From assembly GCA_002347655.1 (NCBI GenBank), contig DDWR01000024.1:140971-204970 (forward strand): a stretch of 64,000 nt of DNA. The letters run 5' to 3'. Shown one piece after another: positions 52,763-63,175 of this stretch. The DNA comes from Verrucomicrobia bacterium UBA2281 (GTDB lineage: Bacteria > Verrucomicrobiota > Kiritimatiellia > CAIQIC01 > Lenti-01). The notes below the pieces were generated by a model. That model did no database searches. It was not told where the DNA came from and saw only the letters and a list, made by a program, of their open reading frames with translations. The translations under genes and the position numbers were made by a program. How positions within the stretch are numbered: position 1 is the first letter of the stretch; each line of letters begins with the position of its first letter.

Positions 52763-53770
52763 TTATTCTTCGGCGGCCTTGGGCGACTTCAGCAGGTCGG
52801 CTTCGAACGTCATGCCCAGCGCCAGGCCCAGTTCCGCCAGCTTCTGCTTGATTTCGTTCAGCGACTTCTTGCCGAAATTGCGGTACTTGAGCATCTCGGC
52901 CTCGGTCTTCTGCGCCAGTTCGCCCACGGTGGTGATGTTGGCGTTGTTGAGGCAGTTGGCCGCGCGCACGCTCAGCTCGATCTCGTTGACGCTGATGCCC
53001 AGCTTCTTGGCCAGCTCTTCGCGCGCCGGATCCACGGCCTTCTCGCTCTCCTGGAACTCGACGATGTCCTTGTCGTAGTTCACGAAGACGTCGAGATGGT
53101 GGCGCAGGATGGCGGCGGACAGCGTCAACGCCTCGTCGGGGTTGATGCGGCCGTCGGTCCAGACCTCCAGCAGAAGCTTGTCGTAGTCGGTGCGTCGGCC
53201 GACGCGGGTGTTGTCCACGGCGTACTTGACGCGGCGCACGGGGGAGAACAGCGAATCGATCGGAATCAGGCCGATTTCCTGGTCGGGCTTCTTGTTCCAT
53301 TCGGCGGGGCAGTAGCCGCGGCCGATCTTGACTTCGACTTCGGCGTCGAAAACGCCATCGACGTCCAGCGTGCAGATGTGCTGGTCGGGATTGAGCACCT
53401 CGACGGAAGCGTCGAGCTGGATGTCGGCGGCGGTGACGTCGCCCGGGCCCTTGACCTTGATGCGCAGCATCTTCGGCGTGCGGACGTACATCTTGAAGAG
53501 GACCTTCTTGAGGTTGAGGACGATGTCGGTCACGTCTTCGACGCACCCCTTCAGGTGGCAGAACTCATGTTCGGCGCCCTGGATGCGCACGGAGGCGATC
53601 GCGGCGCCTTCCAGCGACGACAGCAGCACGCGGCGCAGGGAATTGCCGATCGTGCGGCCGTAGCCGGCCTCGAAGGGCTCGGCGGTGAACTGGGCGTAGG
53701 TCGGGGTGGCCGTTTTTTCGTCCTTGACGACGAATTTGGGCATCTCGAACCGGTTGAGACGGGTACTCAT
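52763..53770 (-). CDS. rpoA: DNA-directed RNA polymerase subunit alpha
   Basis: N-terminal domain (...EPFEAGYGRTIGNSLRRVLLSSLEGAA) and alpha-CTD (...VNEIELSVRAANCLNNANITTVGEL). Confidence 0.95.
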   Translation of the reverse strand: MSTRLNRFEMPKFVVKDEKTATPTYAQFTAEPFEAGYGRTIGNSLRRVLLSSLEGAAIASVRIQGAEHEFCHLKGCVEDVTDIVLNLKKVLFKMYVRTPKMLRIKVKGPGDVTAADIQLDASVEVLNPDQHICTLDVDGVFDAEVEVKIGRGYCPAEWNKKPDQEIGLIPIDSLFSPVRRVKYAVDNTRVGRRTDYDKLLLEVWTDGRINPDEALTLSAAILRHHLDVFVNYDKDIVEFQESEKAVDPAREELAKKLGISVNEIELSVRAANCLNNANITTVGELAQKTEAEMLKYRNFGKKSLNEIKQKLAELGLALGMTFEADLLKSPKAAEE

Positions 53771-53834
53771 GGGCTTCTCCTTCCAGTTCCGGGCGTTGGC
53801 CGGAACGTATGGCGGGGGTGGGGTTGTGCGGATC

Positions 53835-54461
53835 TTACTTCGAATACAGTTCGACGATCAGCTGTTCGTTGACGACCGGCGCGATTTCCTCGCGGGTCGG
53901 CACGTGGTCGATGACCGCCTTGTGCTCGGCCTTGTCCACGCTCATCCAGACGGGCCAGCCGCGGCTTTCGGCCGCGTCGAGGTGCGCCTTGGAGTAGTCG
54001 CGGCTGCGCTTGACGTCGCGGGCCTGCACCACGTCGCCGGGCTTCGTCTTGTAGGACGGCACGTTGACCTTGATGCCGTTGACGCGCACGTGGCCGTGCA
54101 GGACGAACTGGCGGGCGGAGCGGCGCGAGGGCGCGAGGCCCATGCGGTAGACGACGTTGTCGAGGCGCATCTCGAGCGCCTGCAGCAGCAGTTCGCCGGT
54201 GACGCCGCGGGCGCGCAGGGCGCGCTGGAAGAACAGGCGGAACTGGCCTTCCTGCATGCCGTACATGTTGCGCAGGCGCTGTTTTTCCTGCAGCTGGATG
54301 CCGTAGTCCTTCAGGCGCGGGCGGCGGCCGCCGTGCACGCCCGGAATGGAGTGGCCCTGTTCGATCGGGCACTTGGCCATGTAGCACCGGTCGCCCTTCA
54401 GAAAGAGCTTCATTCCCTGACGGCGGCAGCGCTTGCACGCCGGTCCAATGTATCTGCCCAT
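53835..54461 (-). CDS. rpsD: 30S ribosomal protein S4
   Basis: MGRYIGPACKRCRRQGMKLFLKGDRCYMAKCP... ATG at 54461 verified. The longer frame is an artefact. Confidence 0.9.
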   Translation of the reverse strand: MGRYIGPACKRCRRQGMKLFLKGDRCYMAKCPIEQGHSIPGVHGGRRPRLKDYGIQLQEKQRLRNMYGMQEGQFRLFFQRALRARGVTGELLLQALEMRLDNVVYRMGLAPSRRSARQFVLHGHVRVNGIKVNVPSYKTKPGDVVQARDVKRSRDYSKAHLDAAESRGWPVWMSVDKAEHKAVIDHVPTREEIAPVVNEQLIVELYSK

Positions 54462-54486
54462 GAGTGGTTCCTTCCTCTTGAATCGG

Positions 54487-54969
54487 TTAGACGCGGCGGC
54501 GCTTGCGGGCGCGGCAGCCGTTGTGCGGCACCGGCGTGATGTCCCGGATGCCCGTGATGCCGAGCCCCGCCGCCTGGACGGCGCGGATGGCGGACTCGCG
54601 GCCGGAGCCGGGGCCCTGGACCAGAATCTCGACCTCGTGCAGGCCGTGGCCCAGCGCCACCTTGCAGGCTTCCTGCGTGACGATGGTGCCGGCATAGGCC
54701 GTGCTCTTGCGCGAGCCCTTGAAGCCGCAGCGGCCGCCGCTGCTCCAGGAAATCACGTTGCCGCGCGGATCGGTGATGCTGACGGTGGTGTTGTTGAACG
54801 AAGCCAGGATGTGGACCACGCCCACGGGAACGTTCTTGGAGCCCTTGGCGCGGCGGCGCACGACCTTGCCCTCGCCTTCGGCGGCGGGCGTTTCGGCGGG
54901 CGCGGGAGCGCCTTCGGCGGCGGCCGGCGCGGGCGCGGCTTTCACGTCTTCTTTTTTCTCTTCAGCCAT
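54487..54969 (-). CDS. rpsK: 30S ribosomal protein S11
   Basis: [23 protein letters not shown]... Confidence 0.9.
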   Translation of the reverse strand: MAEEKKEDVKAAPAPAAAEGAPAPAETPAAEGEGKVVRRRAKGSKNVPVGVVHILASFNNTTVSITDPRGNVISWSSGGRCGFKGSRKSTAYAGTIVTQEACKVALGHGLHEVEILVQGPGSGRESAIRAVQAAGLGITGIRDITPVPHNGCRARKRRRV

Positions 54970-54984
54970 GTCGGTTTTCCTTGA

Positions 54985-55398
54985 TTACTTGCTGGCGGGG
55001 GCGGCGCTCTTGGCGGCCGAACGGGCTTCCTTGCCGCGCACGGCGCCGACGGTCTTGCGCGGGCCCTTGCGGGTGCGCGCGTTGGTGCTGGTGCGCTGGC
55101 CGCGGACCGGCAGGCCCTTGCGGTGGCGGATGCCCCGGTAGCAGTTCACGGCGATCAGGCGGCGGATGTTGCCGGACACCTCGCGGCGCAGGTCGCCTTC
55201 CACCACGTACTCTTCCTGGAGCATCTTCGACAGCGCGGCGATTTCTTCGCCGGAGAGGTCGTCCGCCTTCTTGGCCGGATCGATCTTCAGCCGCTCGACC
55301 AGCTCCTCCGCGCGGGCCGGGCCCACGCCATAGATGTACCGCAGCGCGTACGCGACGCGCTTCTTCCCCGGAATATCGACACCAATCACTCTGGGCAT
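54985..55398 (-). CDS. rpsM: 30S ribosomal protein S13
   Basis: MPRVIGVDIPGKKRVAYALRYIYGVGP... Confidence 0.9.
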   Translation of the reverse strand: MPRVIGVDIPGKKRVAYALRYIYGVGPARAEELVERLKIDPAKKADDLSGEEIAALSKMLQEEYVVEGDLRREVSGNIRRLIAVNCYRGIRHRKGLPVRGQRTSTNARTRKGPRKTVGAVRGKEARSAAKSAAPASK

Positions 55399-55417
55399 TG
55401 CTTTGCTTCTCCTGACC

Positions 55418-55531
55418 TTATCCCTGGCGCTGCTTGTGACGCAGATTGGTGCAGATGACCCGCACCACGCCCTTGCGACGCACGATTTTGCAGCGCTCGC
55501 AAATCCGTTTCACCGACGTTCTGACTTTCAT
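55418..55531 (-). CDS. rpmJ: 50S ribosomal protein L36
   Basis: [40 protein letters not shown] overlaps the infA stop (ATGA). Confidence 0.9.
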   Translation of the reverse strand: MKVRTSVKRICERCKIVRRKGVVRVICTNLRHKQRQG

Positions 55532-55764
55532 GTTCCAACCTCTTCTTCCAAGATTTTTACGATTTCTCCGCGCGACAGGTCGAACGGCGACAGGGCCACG
55601 CGCACGCGCGCGCCCGGAGCGCAAGCCGCCCCGGACGCGGGAGTTTTCTCCCGCGGCACGAACGCCGTAAACTCGTGTCCGTTGCCCAGTCGGGCACGGA
55701 AAGCGCGAAGTTCTAGCACACCGACCACGACCGCGTCCAGCTCAATTATTTCTTTTCCGCGCAC
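55528..55764 (-). CDS. infA: Translation initiation factor IF-1 (divergent central segment)
   Basis: Hand-translated (M)[78 protein letters not shown]- and C-terminal parts match the IF-1 S1-fold; the middle does not. GTG start overlaps the map 3' end by 19 nt. Confidence 0.6.
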   Translation of the reverse strand: MRGKEIIELDAVVVGVLELRAFRARLGNGHEFTAFVPREKTPASGAACAPGARVRVALSPFDLSRGEIVKILEEEVGT

Positions 55765-56504
55765 GTCAGGATCTCCGCCGGTCCGTCCGGCACCACCAGC
55801 ACCGTGTGCTCGAAGTGGGCGGACCGCTTCCGGTCGCAGGTCCGCACCGTCCAGCGGTTCGGCAGAACCTCCACCCGGTGCGTGCCCTGGTTGATCATCG
55901 GCTCGATCGCCAACGTCATGCCCGGCCGCAGGACGGGGCCCTTGCCGGGCAACCCGTAATTCGGGATCTGCGGATCCTCGTGGAGCTTGCGCCCCACCCC
56001 GTGCCCGCAGTAGTCCCGCACCACGGAAAATCCGGCGGCCTCGGCGACCGTCTGCACCGCGTGGCCGACGTCGCTCAGGCGGCGGCCCGCCCGGGCGGCG
56101 GCGATGCCCGCCGCCAGCGCCGCCGCGGTCACCTCGCACAGCCGCGCCGACTCGGCGTCCACCGCGCCCACGCGCACCGTCGTCGCGTTGTCGCCGATGA
56201 ATCCGTCGGCCACCACGCCGAGATCCACGCTGACGAGGTCGCCCGCGTTGATCGCCCGCGGCCCGGGAATGCCGTGCACCACCTCTTCGTTGAGGGAAAT
56301 GCACGTGTGGCCCGGAAATCCGCCATATCCAAAGAACGCGCTCTTGATCCCGAGTTCCCGCATCTGCGCGGCCGCGAACGCGTCGAGTTCCCCGGTGGTC
56401 GTGCCCGGCCGCACCTGCGCCGCGACTTCCGCCAGGAGCTGCGCGGAGAGGCGGCAGGCGACCCGCATGCGCTCCACCTCCGCCGCCGTCTTGATCGGAA
56501 TCAT
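55746..56504 (-). CDS. map: Methionine aminopeptidase type I
   Basis: MIPIKTAAEVERMRVACRL..., metal ligands in GHGVGRKLHE. Confidence 0.9.
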   Translation of the reverse strand: MIPIKTAAEVERMRVACRLSAQLLAEVAAQVRPGTTTGELDAFAAAQMRELGIKSAFFGYGGFPGHTCISLNEEVVHGIPGPRAINAGDLVSVDLGVVADGFIGDNATTVRVGAVDAESARLCEVTAAALAAGIAAARAGRRLSDVGHAVQTVAEAAGFSVVRDYCGHGVGRKLHEDPQIPNYGLPGKGPVLRPGMTLAIEPMINQGTHRVEVLPNRWTVRTCDRKRSAHFEHTVLVVPDGPAEILTCAEKK

Positions 56505-56517
56505 CGGCCGGGCCGGC

Positions 56518-57162
56518 TCAAGCCAGCTTGGAAAGCAATTCGGCCGTGGCCGCCTGCGGATTCGTCCCGGCGTCCACGCGGACCAGCACGCCCTTCCGTT
56601 CGTAGAAATCGACGAGGCTGGCCGTCTGGCGCTCGTACACTTCCAGGCGGTTCAGGACGGTGGCCTCGCTGTCGTCGGGCCGCTGGTAGAGCGGACCGCC
56701 GCACTGGTCGCAGACGCCCTCCACCTTGGAGGGGATGTTCGTCACGTGGTAGACCGCGCCGCAGCTCTTGCAGATCCGCCGGCCGCTCAGGCGGCTGACG
56801 ATCGTGGCGGTAGGCACTTCGAGCAAGAAGACCTGGTCGACGGCGCCGCCGAGCTGCGCCAGGACGGCGTCGAGCTGCCGGGCCTGCTCCAGCGTGCGCG
56901 GAAAGCCGTCGAACATGTACTGGTCGTCCGGCCGGCCCTGGGCCAGCCGCTCGCCGACGATGCGCAGGATGACGTCGTCCGGGACGAGTTCGCCCTTTTC
57001 CATGAACGCCTTCGCCTCGAGGCCCGTCGGGCTGCCGGCCTTGATCGCCGCGCGCAGCATGTCGCCGGTGGAGACGTGGAGGTACGCGGTGGCGTTCTTG
57101 ACGCCTTCGGCCAGGGTGCCTTTGCCCGCGCCGGGCGCGCCGAGGAGGATGATGGCTTTCAT
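56518..57162 (-). CDS. adk: Adenylate kinase
   Basis: MKAIILLGAPGAGKGTLAE P-loop. Zn-lid CKSCGAVYH...CDQCGG. Confidence 0.95.
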   Translation of the reverse strand: MKAIILLGAPGAGKGTLAEGVKNATAYLHVSTGDMLRAAIKAGSPTGLEAKAFMEKGELVPDDVILRIVGERLAQGRPDDQYMFDGFPRTLEQARQLDAVLAQLGGAVDQVFLLEVPTATIVSRLSGRRICKSCGAVYHVTNIPSKVEGVCDQCGGPLYQRPDDSEATVLNRLEVYERQTASLVDFYERKGVLVRVDAGTNPQAATAELLSKLA

Positions 57163-57186
57163 GCGTGCTCTCCCGTGTTCGCCGGC

Positions 57187-58539
57187 CTAGCGGCGGCCGC
57201 GCAGATGGCCCTTGCGGAGGAACCCGTCGTAGTGGCGGGTGACCAGGTGCGATTCCACCTGCCGCATGGTGTCGAGCATGACGCCCACGATGATCAGCAA
57301 GCTCGTCCCGCCGAAGAACTGCGCCACCATGCCCGGAATGTGGAAGGAACTGGCCAGGATCATCGGCAGCACCGCGATGCCCGTCAGGAACACCGCGCCG
57401 GCCAGCGTGATGCGCGTCATCACCCGGTCGAGGAATTCCGCCGTCGGCTTGCCGGGGCGGATGCCGGGCACGTAGCCGCCGTATTTCTTCAGATCGTCGG
57501 CGATCTGCACCGGGTGGAACTGGGTCGCGACCCAGAAGTAGGAGAAGAAGAGGATCATCAGCGAATAGAGGATGACGTAGACCGGCCCGCCGTAGCGCAG
57601 GTAGATCTGCGCGAAGGCCTTGACCGCGTCGATCGGCACCATCATCAGGATGCGCTCGGGGAACATCAGGATGGCCTGGGCGAAGATGATGGGCATGACG
57701 CCGGAGTAGTTCACGCGCAGCGGCATGTAGGTGCTCTGGCCGCCGTAGGTCTTGCGGCCCACCACGCGCTTGGCGTACTGCACCGGGATCTTGCGCTGCG
57801 CCTGCGTCACCGCGATCACGCCGCCGATCACCAGGAACGCCAGCACCAGCATCGCCACCAGCATGAAGATATTGGCCGAGCCGCCGCGGAACATGTTGAC
57901 CGTCTGCTGGATCGCGCCCGGCAACCGGCTGACGATGCTGATCGTGATGATCAGCGAAATGCCGTTGCCGATGCCGCGGGCGGTGATCTGCTCGCCCAGC
58001 CACATCAGCATCATCGTGCCCGTCGTCATGGTCAGGATGGCCAGCATCAGGAAGGGCACGCGGGACATCGTCACGATCGTCTCGCCGTCCAGCACCTGCA
58101 GGCCGAGCGCCTCGGGGCGCAGCAGGACCGAGGCCATCGCGTAGCCCTGCACGACGCACAGCGCCACCGTCAGGTAGCGGCCGTACTGGATGATCTGCTG
58201 GCGGCCGGAATCGCCTTCGCGCGCCAGCTTCTCCAGCGACGGGATCACCGCCGTCAGCAGCTGCAGGATGATCGAGGCGCTGATGCTGGGCATGATGCCC
58301 AGCGCGCCGATCGCCGCCTGCGTCAAGGCGCCGCCGCTGAACAGGTCCAGCAGCCCCATGAAGCCGATGTCGCCGCCCTGCGCCGCCATCCGGTCCATGA
58401 TGGCCCGCAGCGCGTCCGCGTCCACGCCCGGCACCGGAATCACGGAAATCAGGCGGCAGACGAAAATCAGCGCCGCCGTGAAGAAGATGCGCTGGCGCAG
58501 CTCCGGGATTTTAAGGCTGTTGGTGAAGGCGGAAAGCAT
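57187..58539 (-). CDS. secY: Protein translocase subunit SecY
   Basis: 10-transmembrane SecY with ...IPELRQRIFFTAALIFVCRL... Confidence 0.95.
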   Translation of the reverse strand: MLSAFTNSLKIPELRQRIFFTAALIFVCRLISVIPVPGVDADALRAIMDRMAAQGGDIGFMGLLDLFSGGALTQAAIGALGIMPSISASIILQLLTAVIPSLEKLAREGDSGRQQIIQYGRYLTVALCVVQGYAMASVLLRPEALGLQVLDGETIVTMSRVPFLMLAILTMTTGTMMLMWLGEQITARGIGNGISLIITISIVSRLPGAIQQTVNMFRGGSANIFMLVAMLVLAFLVIGGVIAVTQAQRKIPVQYAKRVVGRKTYGGQSTYMPLRVNYSGVMPIIFAQAILMFPERILMMVPIDAVKAFAQIYLRYGGPVYVILYSLMILFFSYFWVATQFHPVQIADDLKKYGGYVPGIRPGKPTAEFLDRVMTRITLAGAVFLTGIAVLPMILASSFHIPGMVAQFFGGTSLLIIVGVMLDTMRQVESHLVTRHYDGFLRKGHLRGRR

Positions 58540-58566
58540 CGGAAGACCCCTTTCGGTTCAGGTCGG

Positions 58567-59004
58567 TCAGGAAAGCGTTTCGCAGGACCCGCCGGCCTGC
58601 TCGATCTTGGCCTTGGCCGTCGCGCTGAACGCATGGGCCGCGACTTTCCGCGCGCCGGCGACCTCGCCGCCGCCGAGAACCTTGATGAGGCTCTTGGGGC
58701 CCACGCGGCCGGCCGCGACCAGGGCCTCCGGCGTGATGTCGCCCGGCAGGATCTTGGCCAGCTCGCCGATGTTCAGCGCCGCGTATTCCACGCGGTTCGG
58801 GCTCGTGAAGCCGCGTTTCGGGATCCGGCGGATCAGCTTCATCTGGCCGCCTTCGAACAGGGGCTTGTGCTTGTGGCCGGTGCGGCTCATCTGGCCCTTG
58901 TTGCCCTTGCCGGAAGTCCGGCCCTTGCCCGAGGACTCGCCCCGGCCGACGCGCATGCGGCGCTTCTTCGCGCCGCGGACGTTTTTCAGCGAATGCAGAT
59001 TCAT
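58567..59004 (-). CDS. rplO: 50S ribosomal protein L15
   Basis: MNLHSLKNVRGAKKRRMRVGRGESSGKGRTSG... Confidence 0.9.
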   Translation of the reverse strand: MNLHSLKNVRGAKKRRMRVGRGESSGKGRTSGKGNKGQMSRTGHKHKPLFEGGQMKLIRRIPKRGFTSPNRVEYAALNIGELAKILPGDITPEALVAAGRVGPKSLIKVLGGGEVAGARKVAAHAFSATAKAKIEQAGGSCETLS

Positions 59005-59025
59005 GATCGAATGCCCTTTCCGGTT

Positions 59026-59523
59026 CTATTGGCGCAGCGCGGCGATTTCCTCGCGGGAGCGCAGCTGCAGCAGGCCGTCCATGGTGGCCTTGACGACGTT
59101 GAGCGCGCTGGACGCGCCGAGCGACTTGGCCAGCACGTCGCGGACGCCGGCGAGATCCAGCACCGCGCGCGCGCCGCCGCCGGCGATGACGCCCGTGCCC
59201 TTCGAGGCGGGCTTGAGCATCACGCGCGACGCGCCGCAACGGCCGATCACCTCGTGCGGGAGGGTCCGTTCGTTCATCGTCACCTTGATCATGCTGCGGC
59301 GCGCCATCTCGGTGGCCTTGCGGATGGCGTCGGCGTTTTCGCGGGCCTTGCCCAGCGCGTAGCCCACCTGCCCGTTGCGGTCGCCCACGACCACGAGGGC
59401 CGAGAAGCTGAAGCGCCGGCCGCCCTTGACGACCTTCGCGCAGCGGTTCACTTCGACCACGCGCTCCATCGCCTCGCCGGGGCTCTTGGATTCTTCGTTC
59501 TTCTTGAATTCGCGTTTCATCAT
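59026..59523 (-). CDS. rpsE: 30S ribosomal protein S5
   Basis: [36 protein letters not shown]. Directly followed by rplO; no rpmD lies between them. Confidence 0.9.
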   Translation of the reverse strand: MMKREFKKNEESKSPGEAMERVVEVNRCAKVVKGGRRFSFSALVVVGDRNGQVGYALGKARENADAIRKATEMARRSMIKVTMNERTLPHEVIGRCGASRVMLKPASKGTGVIAGGGARAVLDLAGVRDVLAKSLGASSALNVVKATMDGLLQLRSREEIAALRQ

Positions 59524-59547
59524 CCGTTTTCCTCGGGTTGGGAAGCT

Positions 59548-59904
59548 CTAGAACTGCAGGCCGCCGGCGCGGGCGGCGTCGGCCAGCGCGCGCAGGCGCC
59601 CGCCGAAGGCGAACCCGCCGCGGTCGAACACCACCGCGACGATGCCTTTTTCCTTCGCGGCCTGGGCGGCCAGCTCCCCGAGCTGCTTCGCCGTGGCGAC
59701 GTTCAGCGGCTGGCCCTTGAGGGGCCCGGCCACCGTGGACACCGCCGCCAGCGTCTTGGCCGCGGCGTCGTCCACGAACTGGACGTAGAGATGCTGGTTG
59801 GACACGAACACGCTCATGCGCGGCCGCGCGGCCGTGCCTTGCACCTTCCGGCGCAGGCGCAGGTGCCGGCGGACTCGATAATCTTTCAGGTTCTTCATTT
59901 TCAT
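59548..59904 (-). CDS. rplR: 50S ribosomal protein L18
   Basis: RLRRKVQGTAARPRMSVFVSNQHLYVQFVDD. Confidence 0.9.
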   Translation of the reverse strand: MKMKNLKDYRVRRHLRLRRKVQGTAARPRMSVFVSNQHLYVQFVDDAAAKTLAAVSTVAGPLKGQPLNVATAKQLGELAAQAAKEKGIVAVVFDRGGFAFGGRLRALADAARAGGLQF

Positions 59905-59906
59905 GG

Positions 59907-60443
59907 TTACGCCACCGTTTTGCCCGCTTTCCGACGCACGCGTTCGTCCTTGTAGCGCACGCCCTTGCCCTTGTAGGGCTCCGGCGGACGGAAGGAACGG
60001 ATGCGGGCGCTCACTTGCCCCACCAGCTGTTTGTCGATCCCGCTGACCTTGATGTTCGTGCCGTCGGTCACCGCCACGGCGATGCCCGCGGGCACCGCGT
60101 ATTCGACCGGGTGGGAATAGCCCACGTTCAGCGTCAGCTTGTCGCCCGCGATGCTGGCCTTGAAGCCGACGCCCTGGATTTCCAGTTCGCGGACGTAGCC
60201 GTCCTTGACGCCGACGACCATGTTCTGCAGCAGCGCCCGGGTCGTGCCGTGGTCCGCGCGGCTCTGCTTGTCGTCGCCCGTCCGGGCCACGGTCAGCTGG
60301 GAACCTTCGACGGCCACCGCCACGGTTTCCGGAACCCGCAGGACCAGTTCGCCCTTGGGGCCTTTCAAGGCCACGGCCCCGTCCGCCACTTGGGCGGTGA
60401 CGCCGGCGGGCAGCGCCACCGGCTGTTTGCCAATTCTCGACAT
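59907..60443 (-). CDS. rplF: 50S ribosomal protein L6
   Basis: MSRIGKQPVALPAGVTAQV.... ATG at 60443 verified. Confidence 0.9.
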   Translation of the reverse strand: MSRIGKQPVALPAGVTAQVADGAVALKGPKGELVLRVPETVAVAVEGSQLTVARTGDDKQSRADHGTTRALLQNMVVGVKDGYVRELEIQGVGFKASIAGDKLTLNVGYSHPVEYAVPAGIAVAVTDGTNIKVSGIDKQLVGQVSARIRSFRPPEPYKGKGVRYKDERVRRKAGKTVA

Positions 60444-60463
60444 GATGTTTCCTCGCCTCCCGA

Positions 60464-60862
60464 TTACCATATCTGGCAGAGCACTTCGCCGCCCACGTGG
60501 GCCGCGCGGGCTTCGCGGTCGCTCATGATGCCCCGGCTGGTGCTCAGGACCGCGGTGCCCAGACCGCCCCGCACGCGCGGGACCTCGGCCGCCGCCACGT
60601 AGCGGCGCAGGCCGGGCCGGCTCACGCGGCGGATCTGCTGGATGATGGGCTTCTCGTTGTAGTCGTACTTCAGGACCACGCGCAGCAATTTCTTGCCGGC
60701 GTCGTCGCTTTCGGCCACGTCGGCGACGTAGCCTTCCTTCTTGAGGATCCGGGCGATTTCCGCCTTGAGGCGGGAATGGCCCATTTCGGCGGCCGGCAAG
60801 CCGGCGCGGCTGGCGTTGCGGATGCGGGTCAGCATGTCCGCGATGGGATCAGAACAGCTCAT
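60464..60862 (-). CDS. rpsH: 30S ribosomal protein S8
   Basis: SDPIADMLTRIRNASRAG... Confidence 0.9.
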   Translation of the reverse strand: MSCSDPIADMLTRIRNASRAGLPAAEMGHSRLKAEIARILKKEGYVADVAESDDAGKKLLRVVLKYDYNEKPIIQQIRRVSRPGLRRYVAAAEVPRVRGGLGTAVLSTSRGIMSDREARAAHVGGEVLCQIW

Positions 60863-60877
60863 GGTTTTCCTCTCGTC

Positions 60878-61063
60878 CTACCAGCTGGCCTTCACGACGC
60901 CGGGGATCTTGCCCTCCGACGCCAGCTCGCGGAAGCAAATGCGGCAGAGCTGGAACTTCCGAATATAGGCGCGCGAACGCCCGCACCGCCGGCACCGGCG
61001 GTAGCCGCGCACGGCGAACTTGGGTTCGCGCGACGCCTTCACCATCCATGAAATCTTAGCCAA
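60878..61063 (-). CDS. rpsN: 30S ribosomal protein S14 type Z (61 aa, zinc ribbon)
   Basis: (M)[63 protein letters not shown] start at 61063 preceded by AGGAGGAAG; an alternative ATG lies at 61045. Confidence 0.85.
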   Translation of the reverse strand: MAKISWMVKASREPKFAVRGYRRCRRCGRSRAYIRKFQLCRICFRELASEGKIPGVVKASW

Positions 61064-61085
61064 GGTCTTCCTCCTGTTCCAAACG

Positions 61086-61625
<540 letters not shown>

Positions 61626-61628
61626 GGC

Positions 61629-61895
61629 CTATTCCTTCTCCGTCTTCTTTTCGGCGCGGGTGACCACCGCCAGCTTGGAAGCGGCCAAGGGCGCCTCTTT
61701 CTCGACGATGCCGCCGTTGGGATTGTCCTGCGACTTGCGCAGATGCTTCTTCACGAAGTTGAACCCTTCGACCAGCGCGCGGCCGGTCCGGGGGTACACC
61801 TTCAGGACCTTGCCGGTCTTGCCGCCGGCGGCGTCCTCGCCCGAAATCGCCCGGACGACGTCGCCGCGGCGCACGTGCAGCTTGGTTTTGTTCAT
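61629..61895 (-). CDS. rplX: 50S ribosomal protein L24
   Basis: [36 protein letters not shown] at 61895 verified. The track fuses it with an upstream artefact. Confidence 0.9.
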   Translation of the reverse strand: MNKTKLHVRRGDVVRAISGEDAAGGKTGKVLKVYPRTGRALVEGFNFVKKHLRKSQDNPNGGIVEKEAPLAASKLAVVTRAEKKTEKE

Positions 61896-62260
61896 CACAG
61901 CACCTCGGGGGCCAGGGAAATGACCTTCATGTAGTTCATCTCGCGCAGTTCGCGGGCCACGGGGCCGAAGATGCGGCTGCCGCGCGGGTTCTTCTGGTCG
62001 TCGATCAGGATCACGGCGTTGTGGTCGAAGGAGAGCGTCGAGCCGTCCTTGCGGCGGATCGGCGCGGCGGTGCGCACGATCAGCGCGCGGGCCACTTCGC
62101 CCTTCTTGACCATGCCGAGCGGCTGCGCTTCGCGAATGGACACCCGGATGATGTCCCCGACGTGCGCGACCGTCTTGCGCTGGCCGAGCACCTTGATGCA
62201 CTTGGCCAGGCGGGCGCCGGTGTTGTCGGCGACCGGCAGTTCGGTTTCCATCTGGATCAT
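61895..62260 (-). CDS. rplN: 50S ribosomal protein L14
   Basis: [26 protein letters not shown]. Confidence 0.95.
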   Translation of the reverse strand: MIQMETELPVADNTGARLAKCIKVLGQRKTVAHVGDIIRVSIREAQPLGMVKKGEVARALIVRTAAPIRRKDGSTLSFDHNAVILIDDQKNPRGSRIFGPVARELREMNYMKVISLAPEVL

Positions 62261-62261
62261 G

Positions 62262-62537
62262 CTACACCTCGTTCCCGCCGGCGCGGATGGCGATCTCCAC
62301 CAGCCGCCAGCGCTTGGTCTTGCTCAACGGGCGCGTCTCGGCGATCACCACGCGATCGCCCTTCTTCGCCTCGTTCTTCGCGTCGTGCGCGTAGTACTTC
62401 TTGCTGTGCCGCAGCACCTTGCCGTAGACGGGGTGCACGTAGCGCTGTTCGGCCTGCACCACCACCGTCTTGTCCATCGCGTCGCTGACCACGACGCCCG
62501 TGCGCTCCTTGCGCGTATTTCGCTTTTCCGTCGCCAT
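62262..62537 (-). CDS. rpsQ: 30S ribosomal protein S17
   Basis: [27 protein letters not shown]... ATG at 62537 verified. Confidence 0.9.
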   Translation of the reverse strand: MATEKRNTRKERTGVVVSDAMDKTVVVQAEQRYVHPVYGKVLRHSKKYYAHDAKNEAKKGDRVVIAETRPLSKTKRWRLVEIAIRAGGNEV

Positions 62538-62542
62538 TTCGC

Positions 62543-62737
62543 TTACCTCGCGGCTTTCGCCTGGTTCATGACCGTCTTGACGCGCGCGATTTCCCGCCGG
62601 ACCGCGCGCAGGCGGTCGGGCTTCTCCAGCTGGCCGGCGGTCTGCTGGATGCGCAGGTCGAACAGTTCCTTTTCCAATTCCGCCAGCTTGGCCCCCTGCT
62701 CGTCGGGCGTCAGGTCGCGGACGTCTCTTGCCTTCAT
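62543..62737 (-). CDS. rpmC: 50S ribosomal protein L29
   Basis: [31 protein letters not shown]. Confidence 0.9.
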   Translation of the reverse strand: MKARDVRDLTPDEQGAKLAELEKELFDLRIQQTAGQLEKPDRLRAVRREIARVKTVMNQAKAAR

Positions 62738-62755
62738 GTGGTCGCTCTCCTCGGG

Positions 62756-63175
62756 CTACAGGGTGACGCCGCGCCGCACGAACACGGTGCGGATCGGCAA
62801 CTTGGTCGCGGCCAGGCGCAGGCATTCCATCGCCATCTTCTCGGGAATGCCGTCCATTTCGAACAGGATGCGGCCGGGGCGGACCACGGCCACCCAGCCT
62901 TCGATCGCGCCCTTGCCCTTGCCCATGCGGACTTCGAGGGGCTTCTTCGAATAGGACTTGTCGGGGAACACGCGGATCCACAGCTTGCCCTTGCGCTTCA
63001 TCTCGCGGTTCATCGCCACGCGGCAGGCTTCGATCTGGATGTTGGTCATCCAGAAGCGCTCCATCGCGCGCAGGCCGTATTCGCCGAACGCCAAGGCATT
63101 GCCCGACTGGGCCATGCCCTTGCGCGAGCCGCGCTGGCTTTGGCGGTACTTCACCCGTTTAGGCATGAGGGGCAT
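62756..63175 (-). CDS. rplP: 50S ribosomal protein L16
   Basis: [46 protein letters not shown] before the ATG at 63175. Confidence 0.9.
   Translation of the reverse strand: MPLMPKRVKYRQSQRGSRKGMAQSGNALAFGEYGLRAMERFWMTNIQIEACRVAMNREMKRKGKLWIRVFPDKSYSKKPLEVRMGKGKGAIEGWVAVVRPGRILFEMDGIPEKMAMECLRLAATKLPIRTVFVRRGVTL

Noticed and set aside
52110-54695. 478-aa ORF 52110..53546(-), 377-aa ORF 52739..53872(+), and the extended 286-aa rpsD frame
   Set aside because: These overlap rplQ/rpoA/rpsD in wrong frames or with spurious N-terminal extensions. The true starts were verified by conserved N-termini (for example MGRYIGPACKR at 54461).
56104-59955. 1,283-aa plus-strand ORF spanning map through rplR
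   Set aside because: It is antisense to six conserved minus-strand genes (map, adk, secY, rplO, rpsE, rplR). Its product is R/A/G-rich with no domains.
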